NCBI GenBank assembly: GCA_964016885.1
Contig: OZ024741.1
Location: 249,240,001 to 249,304,000, forward strand
Direction of reading: 5' to 3'
Source of the DNA: Eledone cirrhosa
Lineage: Eukaryota
Length of the DNA: 64,000 bases
The position numbers and the translations under genes are program-made. This document shows, piece after piece, positions 41,101 through 56,100 of the stretch. Position 1 is the first letter of the stretch. The number at the start of each line of letters is the position of its first letter. Below the pieces are notes generated by a model. That model saw only the letters and a list, made by a program, of their open reading frames with translations. It had not been told where the DNA came from and searched no databases.

Positions 41101-44100
41101 TAAAAAAAAATTAGGGGGAGATAATTTGTAAAAAAAAATCAGGGGGAGATAATTTGTAAAAAAAAATCAGGGGGAGATAATTTGTAAAAAAAATCAAGGG
41201 GAGATAATTTCCAGCCGTCCAAGGGGAGATAATTTTCAGCCGTCCAAGGAGAGGTAAATTCTAGCCGTCCAAGGAGATATAATTTCCAGCCGTCCAAGGG
41301 GAGATAATTTCCAGCCGTCCAAGGGGAGATAATTTTTAAAAAAAAATCAGGCGGAGATAATTTGTAAACAAAAATCAGGGGGAGATAATTTTTTAAAAAA
41401 AATCAGGGGGAGATAATTTGTAAAAAAAAATCAGGGGGAGATAATTTGTAAAAAAAATCAAGGGGAGATAATTTCCAGCCGTCCAAGGGGAGGTAATATC
41501 TAGCCATCCAAGGGGAGATAATTTCCAGCCGTCCAAGGGGAGATAATATCCAGCCGTCCAAGGAGACATATTTTCCAGCCGTCCAAGGAGAGGTAATTTC
41601 TAGCCGTCCAAGGGGAGATAAGTTCCAGCCTCCAAGGGGAGATAATTTCCAGCCAGCCAAGGGGAGATAATTTGTAAAAAAATCAGGGGGGAGATAATTT
41701 GTAAAAAAAATCAGGGGGAGATAATTTGAAAAAAAAATCAGGGGGAGATAATTTGTAAAAAATATCAAGGGGAGATAATTTCCAGCCCTCCAAGGGGCTA
41801 TAATTTCCAGCCGTGCAAGGGGAGATAATTTCCAGCCGTCCAAGGGGAGATAATTTCCATCCTTCCAAGGGGAGATAATTTCCAGCCGTCCAAGGGGAGA
41901 TAATTTCCCGCCAGCCAAGGGAAGATAATTTTTTTAAAAATCAGGCGGAGATTGTAAAAAAAATCAGGGGGAGATAATTTGTAAAAAAATCAGGGGGAGA
42001 TAATTTGTAAAAAAAAAATCAGGGGGAGATAATTTGTAAAAAAAAATCAGGGGGAGATAATTTGTAAAAAAAATCAGGGGGAGATAATTTGTAAAAAAAA
42101 TCAGGGGTAGATAATTTGTAAAAAAAATCAGGGGGAGATAATTTGTAAAAAAAATCAGGGGGAGATAATTTGTAAAAAAAATCAGGGGTAGATAATTTTC
42201 AGCCGTCCAAGGGGAGATAATTTCCATCCTTCCAAGGGGAGATAATTTCCAGCCGTCCAAGGGGAGATAATTTCCCGCCAGCCAAGGAGAGATAACATTT
42301 AAAAAAATCAGGCGGAGATAATTTGTAAAAAAATCAGGGGGAGATAATTTGTAAAAAAAATCAGGGGTAGATAATTTTCAGCCGTCCAAGGGGAGATAAT
42401 TTCCATCCTTCCAAGGGGAGATAATTTCCAGCCGTCCAAGGGGAGATAATTTCCCGCCAGCCAAGGAGAGATAATATTTAAAAAAATCAGGCGGAGATAA
42501 TTTGTAAAAAAAATCAGGGGGAGATAATTTGTAAAAAAAAATCAGGGGGAGATAATTTGTAAAAAAAAATCAGGAGGAGATAATTTGTAAAAAAAAATCA
42601 GGGGTAGATAATTTGTAAAAAAAAATCAGGGGGAGATAATTTGTAAAAAAAAAATCAAGGGGAGATAATTTCCAGCCGTCCAAGGGGAGATAATTTTCAG
42701 CCGTCCAAGGAGAGGTAATTTCTAGCCGTCCAAGGGGAGATAATTTCCAGCCAGCCAAGGGGAGATAATTTCCCGCCAGCCAAGGAGAGATAACATTTAA
42801 AAAAATCAGGCGGAGATAATTTGTAAAAAAAATCAGGGGGAGATAATTTGTAAAAAAATCAGGGGGAGATAATTTGTAAAAAAAATCAGGGGTAGATAAT
42901 TTCCAGCCGTCCAAGGGGAGATAATTTCCATCCTTCCAAGGGGAGATAATTTCCAGCCGTCCAAGGGGAGATAATTTCCCGCCAGCCAAGGAGACATAAT
43001 ATTTAAAAAAATCAGGCGGAGATAATTTGTAAAAAAAATCAGGGGGAGATAATTTGTAAAAAAATCAGGGGGAGATAATTTGTAAAAAAAAATCAGGGGA
43101 GATAATTTGTAAAAAAAATCAGGGGGAGATAATTTGTAAAAAAAAATCAGGGGTAGATAATTTGTAAAAAAAAATCAGGGGGAGATAATTTGTAAAAAAA
43201 AAATCAGGGGGAGATAATTTGTAAAAAAATCAAGGGGAGATAATTTCCAGCCGTCCAAAGGGAGATAATTTTCAGCCGTCCAAGGAGGTAATTTCTAGCC
43301 GTCCAAGGGGAGATAATTTCCAGCCGTCCAAGGGGAGATAATTTTTTTAAAAAAATCAGGCGGAGATAATTTGTAAACAAAAATCAGGGGGAGATAATTT
43401 GTAAAAAAAAATCAGGGGGAGATAATTTGTAAAAAAAAATCAGGGGGAGATAATTTGTAAAAAAAATCAAGGGGAGATAATTTCCAGCCGTCCAAGGGGA
43501 GGTAATATCTAGCCATCCAAGGGGAGATAATTTCCAGCCGTCCAAGGGGAGATAATTTCCAGCCGTCCAAGGGGAGATAATATCCAGCCGTCCAAGGAGA
43601 CATATTTTCCAGCCGTCCAAGGAGAGGTAATTTCTAGCCGTCCAAGGGGAGATAAGTTCCAGCCTCCAAGGGGAGATAATTTCCAGCCAGCCAAGGGGAG
43701 ATAATTTGTAAAAAAATCAGGGGGAGATAATTTGTAAAAAAAAAATCAGGGGGAGATAATTTGTAAAAAAATCAGGGGGAGATAATTTGTAAAAAAAAAA
43801 TCAGGGGGAGATAATTTGTAAAAAAAATCAGGGGGAGATAATTTGTAAAAAAAATCAGGGGTAGATAATTTGTAAAAAAAATCAGGGGGAGATAATTTGT
43901 AAAAAAAATCAGGGGGAGATAATTTATAAAAAAAATCAGGGGTAGATAATTTGTAAAAAAAAATCAGGGGGAGATAATTTGTAAAAAAAATCAGGGGGAG
44001 ATAATTTGTAAAAAAAATCAGGGGTAGATAATTTCCAGCCGTCCAAGGGGAGATAATTTCCATCCTTCCAAGGGGAGATAATTTCCAGCCGTCCAAGGGG

Positions 44101-47100
44101 AGATAATTTCCCGCCAGCCAAGGAGAGATAACATTTAAAAAAATCAGGCGGAGATAATTTGTAAAAAAAATCAGGGGGAGATAATTTGTAAAAAAATCAG
44201 GGGGAGATAATTTGTAAAAAAAATCAGGGGTAGATAATTTCCAGCCGTCCAAGGGGAGATAATTTCCATCCTTCCAAGGGGAGATAATTTCCAGCCGTCC
44301 AAGGGGAGATAATTTCCCGCCAGCCAAGGAGAGATAATATTTAAAAAAATCAGGCGGAGATAATTTGTAAAAAAAATCAGGGGGAGATAATTTGTAAAAA
44401 AATCAGGGGGAGATAATTTGTAAAAAAAAATCAGGGGAGATAATTTGTAAAAAAAATCAGGGGGAGATAATTTGTAAAAAAAAATCAGGGGTAGATAATT
44501 TGTAAAAAAAAATCAGGGGGAGATAATTTGTAAAAAAAAAATCAGGGGGAGATAATTTGTAAAAAAATCAAGGGGAGATAATTTCCAGCCGTCCAAAGGG
44601 AGATAATTTTCAGCCGTCCAAGGAGGTAATTTCTAGCCGTCCAAGGGGAGATAATTTCCAGCCGTCCAAGGGGAGATAATTTTTTTTAAAAAATCAGGCG
44701 GAGATAATTTGTAAACAAAAATCAGGGGGAGATAATTTGTAAAAAAAAATCAGGGGGAGATAATTTGTAAAAAAAATCAGGGGGAGATAATTTGTAAAAA
44801 AAATCAAGGGGAGATAATTTCCAGCCGTCCAAGGGGAGGTAATATCTAGCCATCCAAGGGGAGATAATTTCCAGCCGTCCAAGGGGAGATAATATCCAGC
44901 CGTCCAAGGAGACATATTTTCCAGCCGTCCAAGGAGAGGTAATTTCTAGCCGTCCAAGGGGAGATAAGTTCCAGCCTCCAAGGGGAGATAATTTCCAGCC
45001 AGCCAAGGGGAGATAATTTGTAAAAAAATCAGGGGGAGATAATTTGTAAAAAAAAAATCAGGGGGAGATAATTTGTAAAAAAATCAGGGGGAGATAATTT
45101 GTAAAAAAAAAATCAGGGGGAGATAATTTGTAAAAAAAATCAGGGGGAGATAATTTGTAAAAAAAATCAGGGGTAGATAATTTGTAAAAAAAATCAGGGG
45201 GAGATAATTTGTAAAAAAAATCAGGGGGAGATAATTTGTAAAAAAAATCAGGGGTAGATAATTTTCAGCCCTCCAAGGGGAGATAATTTCCATCCTTCCA
45301 AGGGGAGATAATTTCCAGCTGTCCAAGGGGAGATAATTTCCCGCCAGCCAAGGAGAGATAACATTTAAAAAAATCAGGCGGAGATAATTTGTAAAAAAAA
45401 TCAGGGGGAGATAATTTGTAAAAAAATCAGGGGGAGATAATTTGTAAAAAAAATCAGGGGTAGATAATTTCCAGCCGTCCAAGGGGAGATAATTTCCATC
45501 CTTCCAAGGGGAGATAATTTCCAGCCGTCCAAGGGGAGATAATTTCCCGCCAGCCAAGGAGAGATAATATTTAAAAAAATCAGGCGGAGATAATTTGTAA
45601 AAAAAAATCAGGGGGAGATAATTTGTAAAAAAATCAGGGGGAGATAATTTGTAAAAAAAAATCAGGGGGAGATAATTTGTAAAAAAAATCAGGGGGAGAT
45701 AATTTGTAAAAAAAAATCAGGGGTAGATAATTTGTAAAAAAAAATCAGGGGGAGATAATTTGTAAAAAAAAATCAGGGGGAGATAATTTGTAAAAAAATC
45801 AAGGGGAGATAATTTCCAGCCGTCCAAGGGGAGATAATTTTCAGCCGTCCAAGGAGAGGTAATTTCTAGCCGTCCAAGGGGAGATAATTTCCAGCCGTCC
45901 AAGGGGAGATAATTTTTTTAAAAAAATCAGGCGGAGATAATTTGTAAACAAAAATCAGGGGGAGATAATTTGTAAAAAAAAATCAGGGGGAGATAATTTG
46001 TAAAAAAAAATCAGGGGGAGATAATTTGTAAAAAAAATCAAGGGGAGATAATTTCCAGCCGTCCAAGGGGAGGTAATATCTAGCCATCCAAGGGGAGATA
46101 ATTTCCAGCCGTCCAAGGGGAGATAATTTCCAGCCGTCCAAGGGGAGATAATATCCAGCCGTCCAAGGAGACATATTTTCCAGCCGTCCAAGGAGAGGTA
46201 ATTTCTAGCCGTCCAAGGGGAGATAAGTTCCAGCCTCCAAGGGGAGATAATTTCCAGCCAGCCAAGGGGAGATAATTTGTAAAAAAATCAGGGGGAGATA
46301 ATTTGTAAAAAAAAATCAGGGGGAGATAATTTGTAAAAAAATCAGGGGGAGATAATTTGTAAAAAAAAATCAGGGGGAGATAATTTGTAAAAAAAATCAG
46401 GGGGAGATAATTTGTAAAAAAAATCAGGGGTAGATAATTTGTAAAAAAAATCAGGGGGAGATAATTTGTAAAAAAAATCAGGGGGAGATAATTTGTAAAA
46501 AAAATCAGGGGTAGATAATTTTCAGCCGTCCAAGGGGAGATAATTTCCATCCTTCCAAGGGGAGATAATTTCCAGCCGTCCAAGGGGAGATAATTTCCCG
46601 CCAGCCAAGAAGAGATAACATTTAAAAAAATCAGGCGGATATAATTTGTAAAAAAAATCAGGGGGAGATAATTTGTAAAAAAATCAGGGGGAGATAATTT
46701 GTAAAAAAAATCAGGGGTAGATAATTTCCAGCCGTCCAAGGGGAGATAATTTCCATCCTTCCAAGGGGAGATAATTTCCAGCCGTCCAAGGGGAGATAAT
46801 TTCCCGCCAGCCAAGGAGAGATAACATTTAAAAAAATCAGGCGGAGATAATTTGTAAAAAAATCAGGGGGAGATAATTTGTAAAAAAAATCAGGGGTAGA
46901 TAATTTCCAGCCGTCCAAGGGGAGATAATTTCCATCCTTCCAAGGGGAGATAATTTCCAGCCGTCCAAGGGGAGATAATTTCCCGCCAGCCAAGGAGAGA
47001 TAATATTTAAAAAAATCAGGCGGAGATAATTTGTAAAAAAAATCAGGGGGAGATAATTTGTAAAAAAAAATCAGGGGGAGATAATTTGTAAAAAAAAATC

Positions 47101-50100
47101 AGGGGGAGATAATTTGTAAAAAAAATCAAGGGGAGATAATTTGTAAAAAAAAATCAGGGGTAGATAATTTGTAAAAAAAAATCAGGGGGAGATAATTTGT
47201 AAAAAAAAAATCAGGGGGAGATAATTTGTAAAAAAATCAAGGGGAGATAATTTCCAGCCGTCCAAGGGGAGATAATTTTCAGCCGTCCAAGGAGAGGTAA
47301 TTTCTAGCCGTCCAAGGGGAGATAATTTCCAGCCAGCCAAGGGGAGATAATTTGTAAAAAAATCAGGGGTAGATAATTTGTGAAAAAAAATCAGGGGGAG
47401 ATAATTTGTAAAAAAAATCAGGGGGAGATAATTTGTAAAAAAAATCAGGGGTAGATAATTTCCAGCCGTCCAAGGGGAGATAATTTCCATCCTTCCAAGG
47501 GGAGATAATTTCCAGCCGTCCAAGGGGAGATAATTTCCCGCCAGCCAAGGAGAGATAACATTTAAAAAAATCAGGCGGAGATAATTTGTAAAAAAAATCA
47601 GAGGGAGATAATTTGTAAAAAAATCAGGGGGAGATAATTTGTAAAAAAAATCAGGGGTAGATAATTTCCAGCCGTCCAAGGGGAGATAATTTCCATCCTT
47701 CCAAGGGGAGATAATTTCCAGCCGTCCAAGGGGAGATAATTTCCCGCCAGCCAAGGAGAGATAATATTTAAAAAAATCAGGCGGAGATAATTTGTAAAAA
47801 AAATCAGGGGGAGATAATTTGTAAAAAAATCAGGGGGAGATAATTTGTAAAAAAAAATCAGGGGAGATAATTTGTAAAAAAAATCAGGGGGAGATAATTT
47901 GTAAAAAAAAATCAGGGGTAGATAATTTGTAAAAAAAATTCAGGGGGAGATAATTTGTAAAAAAAAAATCAGGGGGAGATAATTTGTAAAAAAATCAAGG
48001 GGAGATAATTTCCAGCCGTCCAAAGGGAGATAATTTTCAGCCGTCCAAGGAGGTAATTTCCAGCCGTCCAAGGGGAGATAATGTTTTTAAAAAAATCAGG
48101 CGGACATAATTTGTAAACAAAAATCAGGGGGAGATAATTTGTAAAAAAAAATCAGGGGGAGATAATTTGTAAAAAAAAATCATGGGGAGATAATTTGTAA
48201 AAAAAATCAAGGGGAGATAATTTCCAGCCGTCCAAGGGGAGGTAATATCTAGCCATCCAAGGGGAGATAATTTCCAGCCGTCCAAGGGGAGATAATTTCC
48301 AGCCGTCCAAGGGGAGATAATATCCAGCCGTCCAAGGAGACATATTTTCCAGCCGTCCAAGGAGAGGTAATTTCTAGCCGTCCAAGGGGAGATAAGTTCC
48401 AGCCTCCAAGGGGAGATAATTTCCAGCCAGCCAAGGGGAGATAATTTGTAAAAAAATCAGGGGGAGATAATTTGTAAAAAAAAAATCAGGGGGAGATAAT
48501 TTGTAAAAAAATCAGGGGGAGATAATTTGTAAAAAAAAAATCAGGGGGAGATAATTTGTAAAAAAAATCAGGGGGAGATAATTTGTAAAAAAAATCAGGG
48601 GTAGATAATTTTCAGCCCTCCAAGGGGAGATAATTTCCATCCTTCCAAGGGGAGATAATTTCCAGCCGTCCAAGGGGAGATAATTTCCCGCCAGCCAAGG
48701 AGAGATAACATTTAAAAAAATCAGGCGGAGATAATTTGTAAAAAAAATCAGGGGGAGATAATTTGTAAAAAAATCAGGGGGAGATAATTTGTAAAAAAAA
48801 TCAGGGGTAGATAATTTCCAGCCGTCCAAGGGGAGATAATTTCCATCCTTCCAAGGGGAGATAATTTCCAGCCGTCCAAGGGGAGATAATTTCCCGCCAG
48901 CCAAGGAGAGATAATATTTAAAAAAATCAGGCGGAGATAATTTGTAAAAAAAATCAGGGGGAGATAATTTGTAAAAAAATCAGGGGGAGATAATTTGTAA
49001 AAAAAAATCAGGGGGAGATAATTTGTAAAAAAAATCAGGGGGAGATAATTTGTAAAAAAAAATCAGGGGTAGATAATTTGTAAAAAAAAATCAGGGGGAG
49101 ATAATTTGTAAAAAAATCAAGGGGAGATAATTTCCAGCCGTCCATGGGGAGATAATTTTCAGCCGTCCAAGGAGAGGTAATTTCTAGCCGTCCAAGGGGA
49201 GATAATTTCCAGCCGTCCAAGGGGAGATAATTTTTAAAAAAAATCAGGCGGAGATAATTTGTAAAAAAAAATCAGGGGGAGATAATTTGTAAAAAAAAAT
49301 CAGGGGGAGATAATTTGTAAAAAAAATCAAGGGGAGATAATTTCCAGCCGTCCAAGGGGAGGTAATATCTAGCCATCCAAGGGGAGATAATTTCCAGCCG
49401 TCCAAGGGGAGATAATTTCCAGCCGTCCAAGGGGAGATAATATCATGCCGTCCAAGGAGACATATTTTCCAGCCGTCCAAGGAGACGTAATTTCTAGCCG
49501 TCCAAGGGGAGATAAGTTCCAGCCTCCAAGGGGAGATAATTTCCAGCCAGCCAAGGGGAGATAATTTGTAAAAAAATTAGGGGGAGATAATTTGTAAAAA
49601 AAAATTAGGGGGAGATAATTTGTAAAAAAAAATCAGGGGGAGATAATTTGTAAAAAAAAATCAGGGGGAGATAATTTGTAAAAAAAATCAAGGGGAGATA
49701 ATTTCCAGCCGTCCAAGGGGAGATAATTTTCAGCCGTCCAAGGAGAGGTAAATTCTAGCCGTCCAAGGAGATATAATTTCCAGCCGTCCAAGGGGAGATA
49801 ATTTCCAGCCGTCCAAGGGAAGATAATTTTTTAAAAAATCAGGCGGAGATTGTAAAAAAAATCAGGGGGAGATAATTTGTAAATAAAATCAGGGGGAGAT
49901 AATTTGTAAAAAAAATCAGGGGGAGATAATTTGTAAAAAAAATCAGGGGTAGATAATTTTCAGCCGTCCAAGGGGAGATAATTTCCATCCTTCCAAGGGG
50001 AGATAATTTCCAGCCGTCCAAGGGGAGATAATTTCCCGCCAGCCAAGGAGAGATAACATTTAAAAAAATCAGGCGGAGATAATTTGTAAAAAAAATCAGG

Positions 50101-53100
50101 GGGAGATAATTTGTAAAAAAATCAGGGGGAGATAATTTGTAAAAAAAATCAGGGGTAGATAATTTCCAGCCGTCCAAGGGGAGATAATTTCCATCCTTCC
50201 AAGGGGAGATAATTTCCAGCCGTCCAAGGGGAGATAATTTCCCGCCAGCCAAGGAGAGATAACATTTAAAAAAATCAGGGGGAGATAATTTGTAAAAAAA
50301 ATCAGGGGGAGATAATTTGTAAAAAAATCAGGGGGAGATAATTTGTAAAAAAAAATCAGGGGGAGATAATTTGTAAAAAAAATCAGGGGGAGATAATTTG
50401 TAAAAAAAAATCAGGGGTAGATAATTTGTAAAAAAAAATCAGGGGGAGATAATTTGTAAAGAAAAAATCAGGGGGAGATAATTTGTAAAAAAATCAAGGG
50501 GAGATAATTTCCAGCCGTCCAAGGGGAGATAATTTTCAGCCGTCCAAGGAGAGGTAATTTCTAGCCGTCCAAGGGGAGATAATTTCCAGCCGTCCAAGGG
50601 GAGATAATTTTTTTAAAAAAATCAGGCGGAGATAATTTGTAAACAAAAATCAGGGGGAGATAATTTGTAAAAAAAAATCAGGGGGCGATAATTTGTAAAA
50701 AAAAATCAGGGGGAGATAATTTGTAAAAAAAATCAAGGGGAGATAATTTCCAGCCGTCCAAGGGGAGGTAATATCTAGCCATCCAAGGGGAGATAATTTC
50801 CAGCCGTCCAAGGGGAGATAATTTCCAGCCGTCCAAGGGGAGATAATATCCAGCCGTCCAAGGAGACATATTTTCCAGCCGTCCAAGGAGACGTAATTTC
50901 TAGCCGTCCAAGGGGAGATAAGTTCCAGCCTCCAAGGGGAGATAATTTCCAGCCAGCCAAGGGGAGATAATTTGTAAAAAAATTAGGGGGAGATAATTTC
51001 TAAAAAAAAATTAGGGGGAGATAATTTGTAAAAAAAAATCAGGGGGAGATAATTTGTAAAAAAAAATCAGGGGGAGATAATTTGTAAAAAAAATCAAGGG
51101 GAGATAATTTCCAGCCGTCCAAGGGGAGATAATTTTCAGCCGTCCAAGGAGAGGTAAATTCTAGCCGTCCAAGGAGATATAATTTCCAGCCGTCCAAGGG
51201 GAGATAATTTCCAGCCGTCCAAGGGGAGATAATTTTTAAAAAAAAATCAGGCGGAGATAATTTGTAAACAAAAATCAGGGGGAGATAATTTTTTAAAAAA
51301 AATCAGGGGGAGATAATTTGTAAAAAAAAATCAGGGGGAGATAATTTGTAAAAAAAATCAAGGGGAGATAATTTCCAGCCGTCCAAGGGGAGGTAATATC
51401 TAGCCATCCAAGGGGAGATAATTTCCAGCCGTCCAAGGGGAGATAATTTCCAGCCGTCCAAGGGGAGATAATATCCAGCCGTCCAAGGAGACATATTTTC
51501 CAGCCGTCCAAGGAGAGGTAATTTCTAGCCGTCCAAGGGGAGATAAGTTCCAGCCTCCAAGGGGAGATAATTTCCAGCCAGCCAAGGGGAGATAATTTGT
51601 AAAAAAATCAGGGGGGAGATAATTTGTAAAAAAAATCAGGGGGAGATAATTTGAAAAAAAAATCAGGGGGAGATAATTTGTAAAAAATATCAAGGGGAGA
51701 TAATTTCCAGCCCTCCAAGGGGCTATAATTTCCAGCCGTGCAAGGGGAGATAATTTCCAGCCGTCCAAGGGGAGATAATTTCCATCCTTCCAAGGGGAGA
51801 TAATTTCCAGCCGTCCAAGGGGAGATAATTTCCCGCCAGCCAAGGGAAGATAATTTTTTAAAAAATCAGGCGGAGATTGTAAAAAAAATCAGGGGGAGAT
51901 AATTTGTAAAAAAATCAGGGGGAGATAATTTGTAAAAAAAAAATCAGGGGGAGATAATTTGTAAAAAAAAATCAGGGGGAGATAATTTGTAAAAAAAATC
52001 AGGGGGAGATAATTTGTAAAAAAAATCAGGGGTAGATAATTTGTAAAAAAAATCAGGGGGAGATAATTTGTAAAAAAAATCAGGGGGAGATAATTTGTAA
52101 AAAAAATCAGGGGTAGATAATTTTCAGCCGTCCAAGGGGAGATAATTTCCATCCTTCCAAGGGGAGATAATTTCCAGCCGTCCAAGGGGAGATAATTTCC
52201 CGCCAGCCAAGGAGAGATAACATTTAAAAAAATCAGGCGGAGATAATTTGTAAAAAAATCAGGGGGAGATAATTTGTAAAAAAAAATCAGGGGTAGATAA
52301 TTTCCAGCCGTCCAAGGGGAGATAATTTCCATCCTTCCAAGGGGAGATAATTTCCAGCCGTCCAAGGGGAGATAATTTCCCGCCAGCCAAGGAGAGATAA
52401 TATTTAAAAAAATCAGGCGGAGATAATTTGTAAAAAAAATCAGGGGGAGATAATTTGTAAAAAAATCAGGGGGAGATAATTTGTAAAAAAAAATCAGGGG
52501 GAGATAATTTGTAAAAAAAAATCAGGGGGAGATAATTTGTAAAAAAAAATCAGGGGTAGATAATTTGTAAAAAAAAATCAGGGTGAGATAATTTGTAAAA
52601 GAAAAATCAGGGGGAGATAATTTGTAAAAAAATCAAGGGGAGATAATTTCCAGCCGTCCAAGGGGAGATAATTTTCAGCCGTCCAAGGAGAGGTAATTTC
52701 TAGCCGTCCAAGGGGAGATAATTTCCAGCCGTCCAAGGGGAGATAATTTTTTTTAAAAAATCAGGCGGAGATAATTTGTAAACAAAAATCAGGGGGAGAT
52801 AATTTGTAAAAAAAAATCAGGGGGAGATAATTTGTAAAAAAAAATCAGGGGGAGATAATTTGTAAAAAAAATCAAGGGGAGATAATTTGTCCAAAAAAAT
52901 CAGGGGTAGATAATTTGTAAAAAAAAATCAGGGGGAGATAATTTGTAAAAAAAAAATCAGGGGGAGATAATTTGTAAAAAAATCAAGGGGAGATAATTTC
53001 CAGCCGTCCAAGGGGAGATAATTTTCAGCCGTCCAAGGAGAGGTAATTTCTAGCCGTCCAAGGGGAGATAATTTCCAGCCAGCCAAGGGGAGATAATTTG

Positions 53101-56100
53101 TAAAAAAATCAGGGGTAGATAATTTGTAAAAAAAAATCAGGGGGAGATAATTTGTAAAAAAAATCAGGGGGAGATAATTTGTAAAAAAAATCAGGGGTAG
53201 ATAATTTCCAGCCGTCCAAGGGGAGATAATTTCCATCCTTCCAAGGGGAGATAATTTCCAGCCGTCCAAGGGGAGATAATTTCCCGCCAGCCAAGGAGAG
53301 ATAACATTTAAAAAAATCAGGCGGAGATAATTTGTAAAAAAAAATCAGGGGGAGATAATTTGTAAAAAAAATCAGGGGGAGATAATTTGTAAAAAAAATC
53401 AGGGGTAGATAATTTCCAGCCGTCCAAGGGGAGATAATTTCCATCCTTCCAAGGGGAGATAATTTCCAGCCGTCCAAGGGGAGATAATTTCCCGCCAGCC
53501 AAGGAGAGATAATATTTAAAAAAATCAGGCGGAGATAATTTGTAAAAAAAATCAGGGGGAGATAATTTGTAAAAAAATCAGGGGGAGATAATTTGTAAAA
53601 AAAAATCAGGGGAGATAATTTGTAAAAAAAATCAGGGAGAGATAATTTGTAAAAAAAAATCAGGGGTAGATAATTTGTAAAAAAAAATCAGGGGGAGATA
53701 ATTTGTAAAAAAAAAATCAGGGGGAGATAATTTGTAAAAAAATCAAGGGCAGATAATTTCCAGCCGTCCAAGGGGAGATAATTTTCAGCCGTCCAAGGAG
53801 GTAATTTCTAGCCGTCCAAGGGGAGATAATTTCCAGCCGTCCAAGGGGAGATAATTTTTTTAAAAAAATCAGGCGGAGATAATTTGTAAACAAAAATCAG
53901 GGGGAGATAATTTGTAAAAAAAAATCAGGGGGAGATAATTTGTAAAAAAAAATCAGGGGGAGATAATTTGTAAAAAAAATCAAGGGGAGATAATTTCCAG
54001 CCGTCCAAGGGGAGGTAATATCTAGCCATCCAAGGGGAGATAATTTCCAGCCGTCCAAGGGGAGATAATTTCCAGCCGTCCAAGGGGAGATAATATCCAG
54101 CCGTCCAAGGAGACATATTTTCCAGCCGTCCAAGGAGAGGTAATTTCTAGCCGTCCAAGGGGAGATAAGTTCCAGCCTCCAAGGGGAGATAATTTCCAGC
54201 CAGCCAAGGGGAGATAATTTGTAAAAAAATCAGGGGGAGATAATTTGTAAAAAAAAAATCAGGGGCAGATAATTTGTAAAAAAATCAGGGGGAGATAATT
54301 TGTAAAAAAAATCAGGGGGAGATAATTTGTAGAAAAAATCAGGGGTAGATAATTTGTAAAAAAAATCAGGGGGAGATAATTTGTAAAAAAAATCAGGGGG
54401 AGATAATTTGTAAAAAAAATCAGGGGTAGATAATTTTCAGCCGTCCAAGGGGAGATAATTTCCATCCTTCCAAGGGGAGATAATTTCCAGCCGTCCAAGG
54501 GGAGATAATTTCCCGCCAGCCAAGGAGAGATAACATTTAAAAAAATCAGGCGGAGATAATTTGTAAAAAAAATCAGGGGGAGATAATTTGTAAAAAAATC
54601 AGGGGGAGATAATTTGTAAAAAAAATCAGGGGTAGATAATTTCCAGCCGTCCAAGGGGAGATAATTTCCATCCTTCCAAGGGGAGATAATTTCCAGCCGT
54701 CCAAGGGGAGATAATTTCCCGCCAGCCAAGGAGAGATAATATTTAAAAAAATCAGGCGGAGATAATTTGTAAAAAAAATCAGGTGGAGATAATTTGTAAA
54801 AAAATCAGGGGGAGATAATTTGTAAAAAAAAATCAGGGGGAGATAATTTGTAAAAAAAATCAGGGGTAGATAATTTGTAAAAAAAAATCAGGGGGAGATA
54901 ATTTGTAAAAAAAAAATCAGGGGGAGATAATTTGTAAAAAAATCAAGGGGAGATAATTTCCAGCCGTCCAAGGGGAGATAATTTTCAGCCGTCCAAGGAG
55001 AGGTAATTTCTAGCCGTCCAAGGGGAGATAATTTCCAGCCGTCCAAGGGGAGATAATTTTTTTAAAAAAATCAGGCGGAGATAATTTGTAAACAAAAATC
55101 AGGGGGAGATAATTTGTAAAAAAAAATCAGGGGGAGATAATTTGTAAAAAAAAATCAGGGGGAGATAATTTGTAAAAAAAATCAAGGGGAGATAATTTCC
55201 AGCCGTCCAAGGGGAGGTAATATCTAGCCATCCAAGGGGAGATAATTTCCAGCCGTCCAAGGGGAGATATTTTCCAGCCGTCCAAGGAGAGGTAATTTCT
55301 AGCCGTCCAAGGGGAGATAAGTTCCTGCCTCCAAGGGGAGATAATTTCCAGCCAGCCAAGGGGAGATAATTTGTAAAAAAATCAGGGGGAGATAATTTGT
55401 AAAAAAAAAATCAGGGGGAGATAATTTGTAAAAAAATCAGGGGGAGATAATTTGTAAAAAAAAAATCAGGGGGAGATAATTTGTAAAAAAAATCAGGGGG
55501 AGATAATTTGTAAAAAAAATCAGGGGTAGATAATTTGTAAAAAAAATCAGGGGGAGATAATTTGTAAAAAAAATCAGGGGGAGATAATTTGTAAAAAAAA
55601 TCAGGGGTAGATAATTTTCAGCCCTCCAAGGGGAGATAATTTCCATCCTTCCAAGGGGAGATAATTTCCAGCCGTCCAAGGGGAGATAATTTCCCGCCAG
55701 CCAAGGAGAGATAACATTTAAAAAAATCAGGCGGAGATAATTTGTAAAAAAAAATCAGGGGGAGATAATTTGTAAAAAAAATCAAGGGGAGATAATTTCC
55801 AGCCGTCCAAGGGGAGGTAATATCTAGCCATCCAAGGGGAGATAATTTCCAGCCGTCCAAGGGGAGATAATTTCCAGCCGTCCAAGGGGAGATAATATCC
55901 AGCCGTCCAAGGAGACATATTTTCCAGCCGTCCAAGGAGACGTAATTTCTAGCCGTCCAAGGGGAGATAAGTTCCAGCCTCCAAGGGGAGATAATTTCCA
56001 GCCAGCCAAGGGGAGATAATTTGTAAAAAAATTAGGGGGAGATAATTTGTAAAAAAAAATTAGGGGGAGATAATTTGTAAAAAAAAATCAGGGGGAGATA

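Larger units (their letters stand above)
5800..47065. repeat. ~18.26-kb tandem segmental duplication: copy 1 ~5800-28800 (22.97 kb, including the extra 4.7-kb duplication), copy 2 ~28800-47065
   Basis: ORF offsets are ~22973 for 6009-15951 and 18264/5 for 17978-28550; the difference (~4708) matches the internal duplication. Variants found only in the two copies: ccaagggaagataatttccatcc (6348/29321), cagcgggaga (21386/39651), aaaatatgcgga (~22017/40282), ccagctgtcc (~27051/45315), gcggatataa (~28371/46635). Confidence 0.88.
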
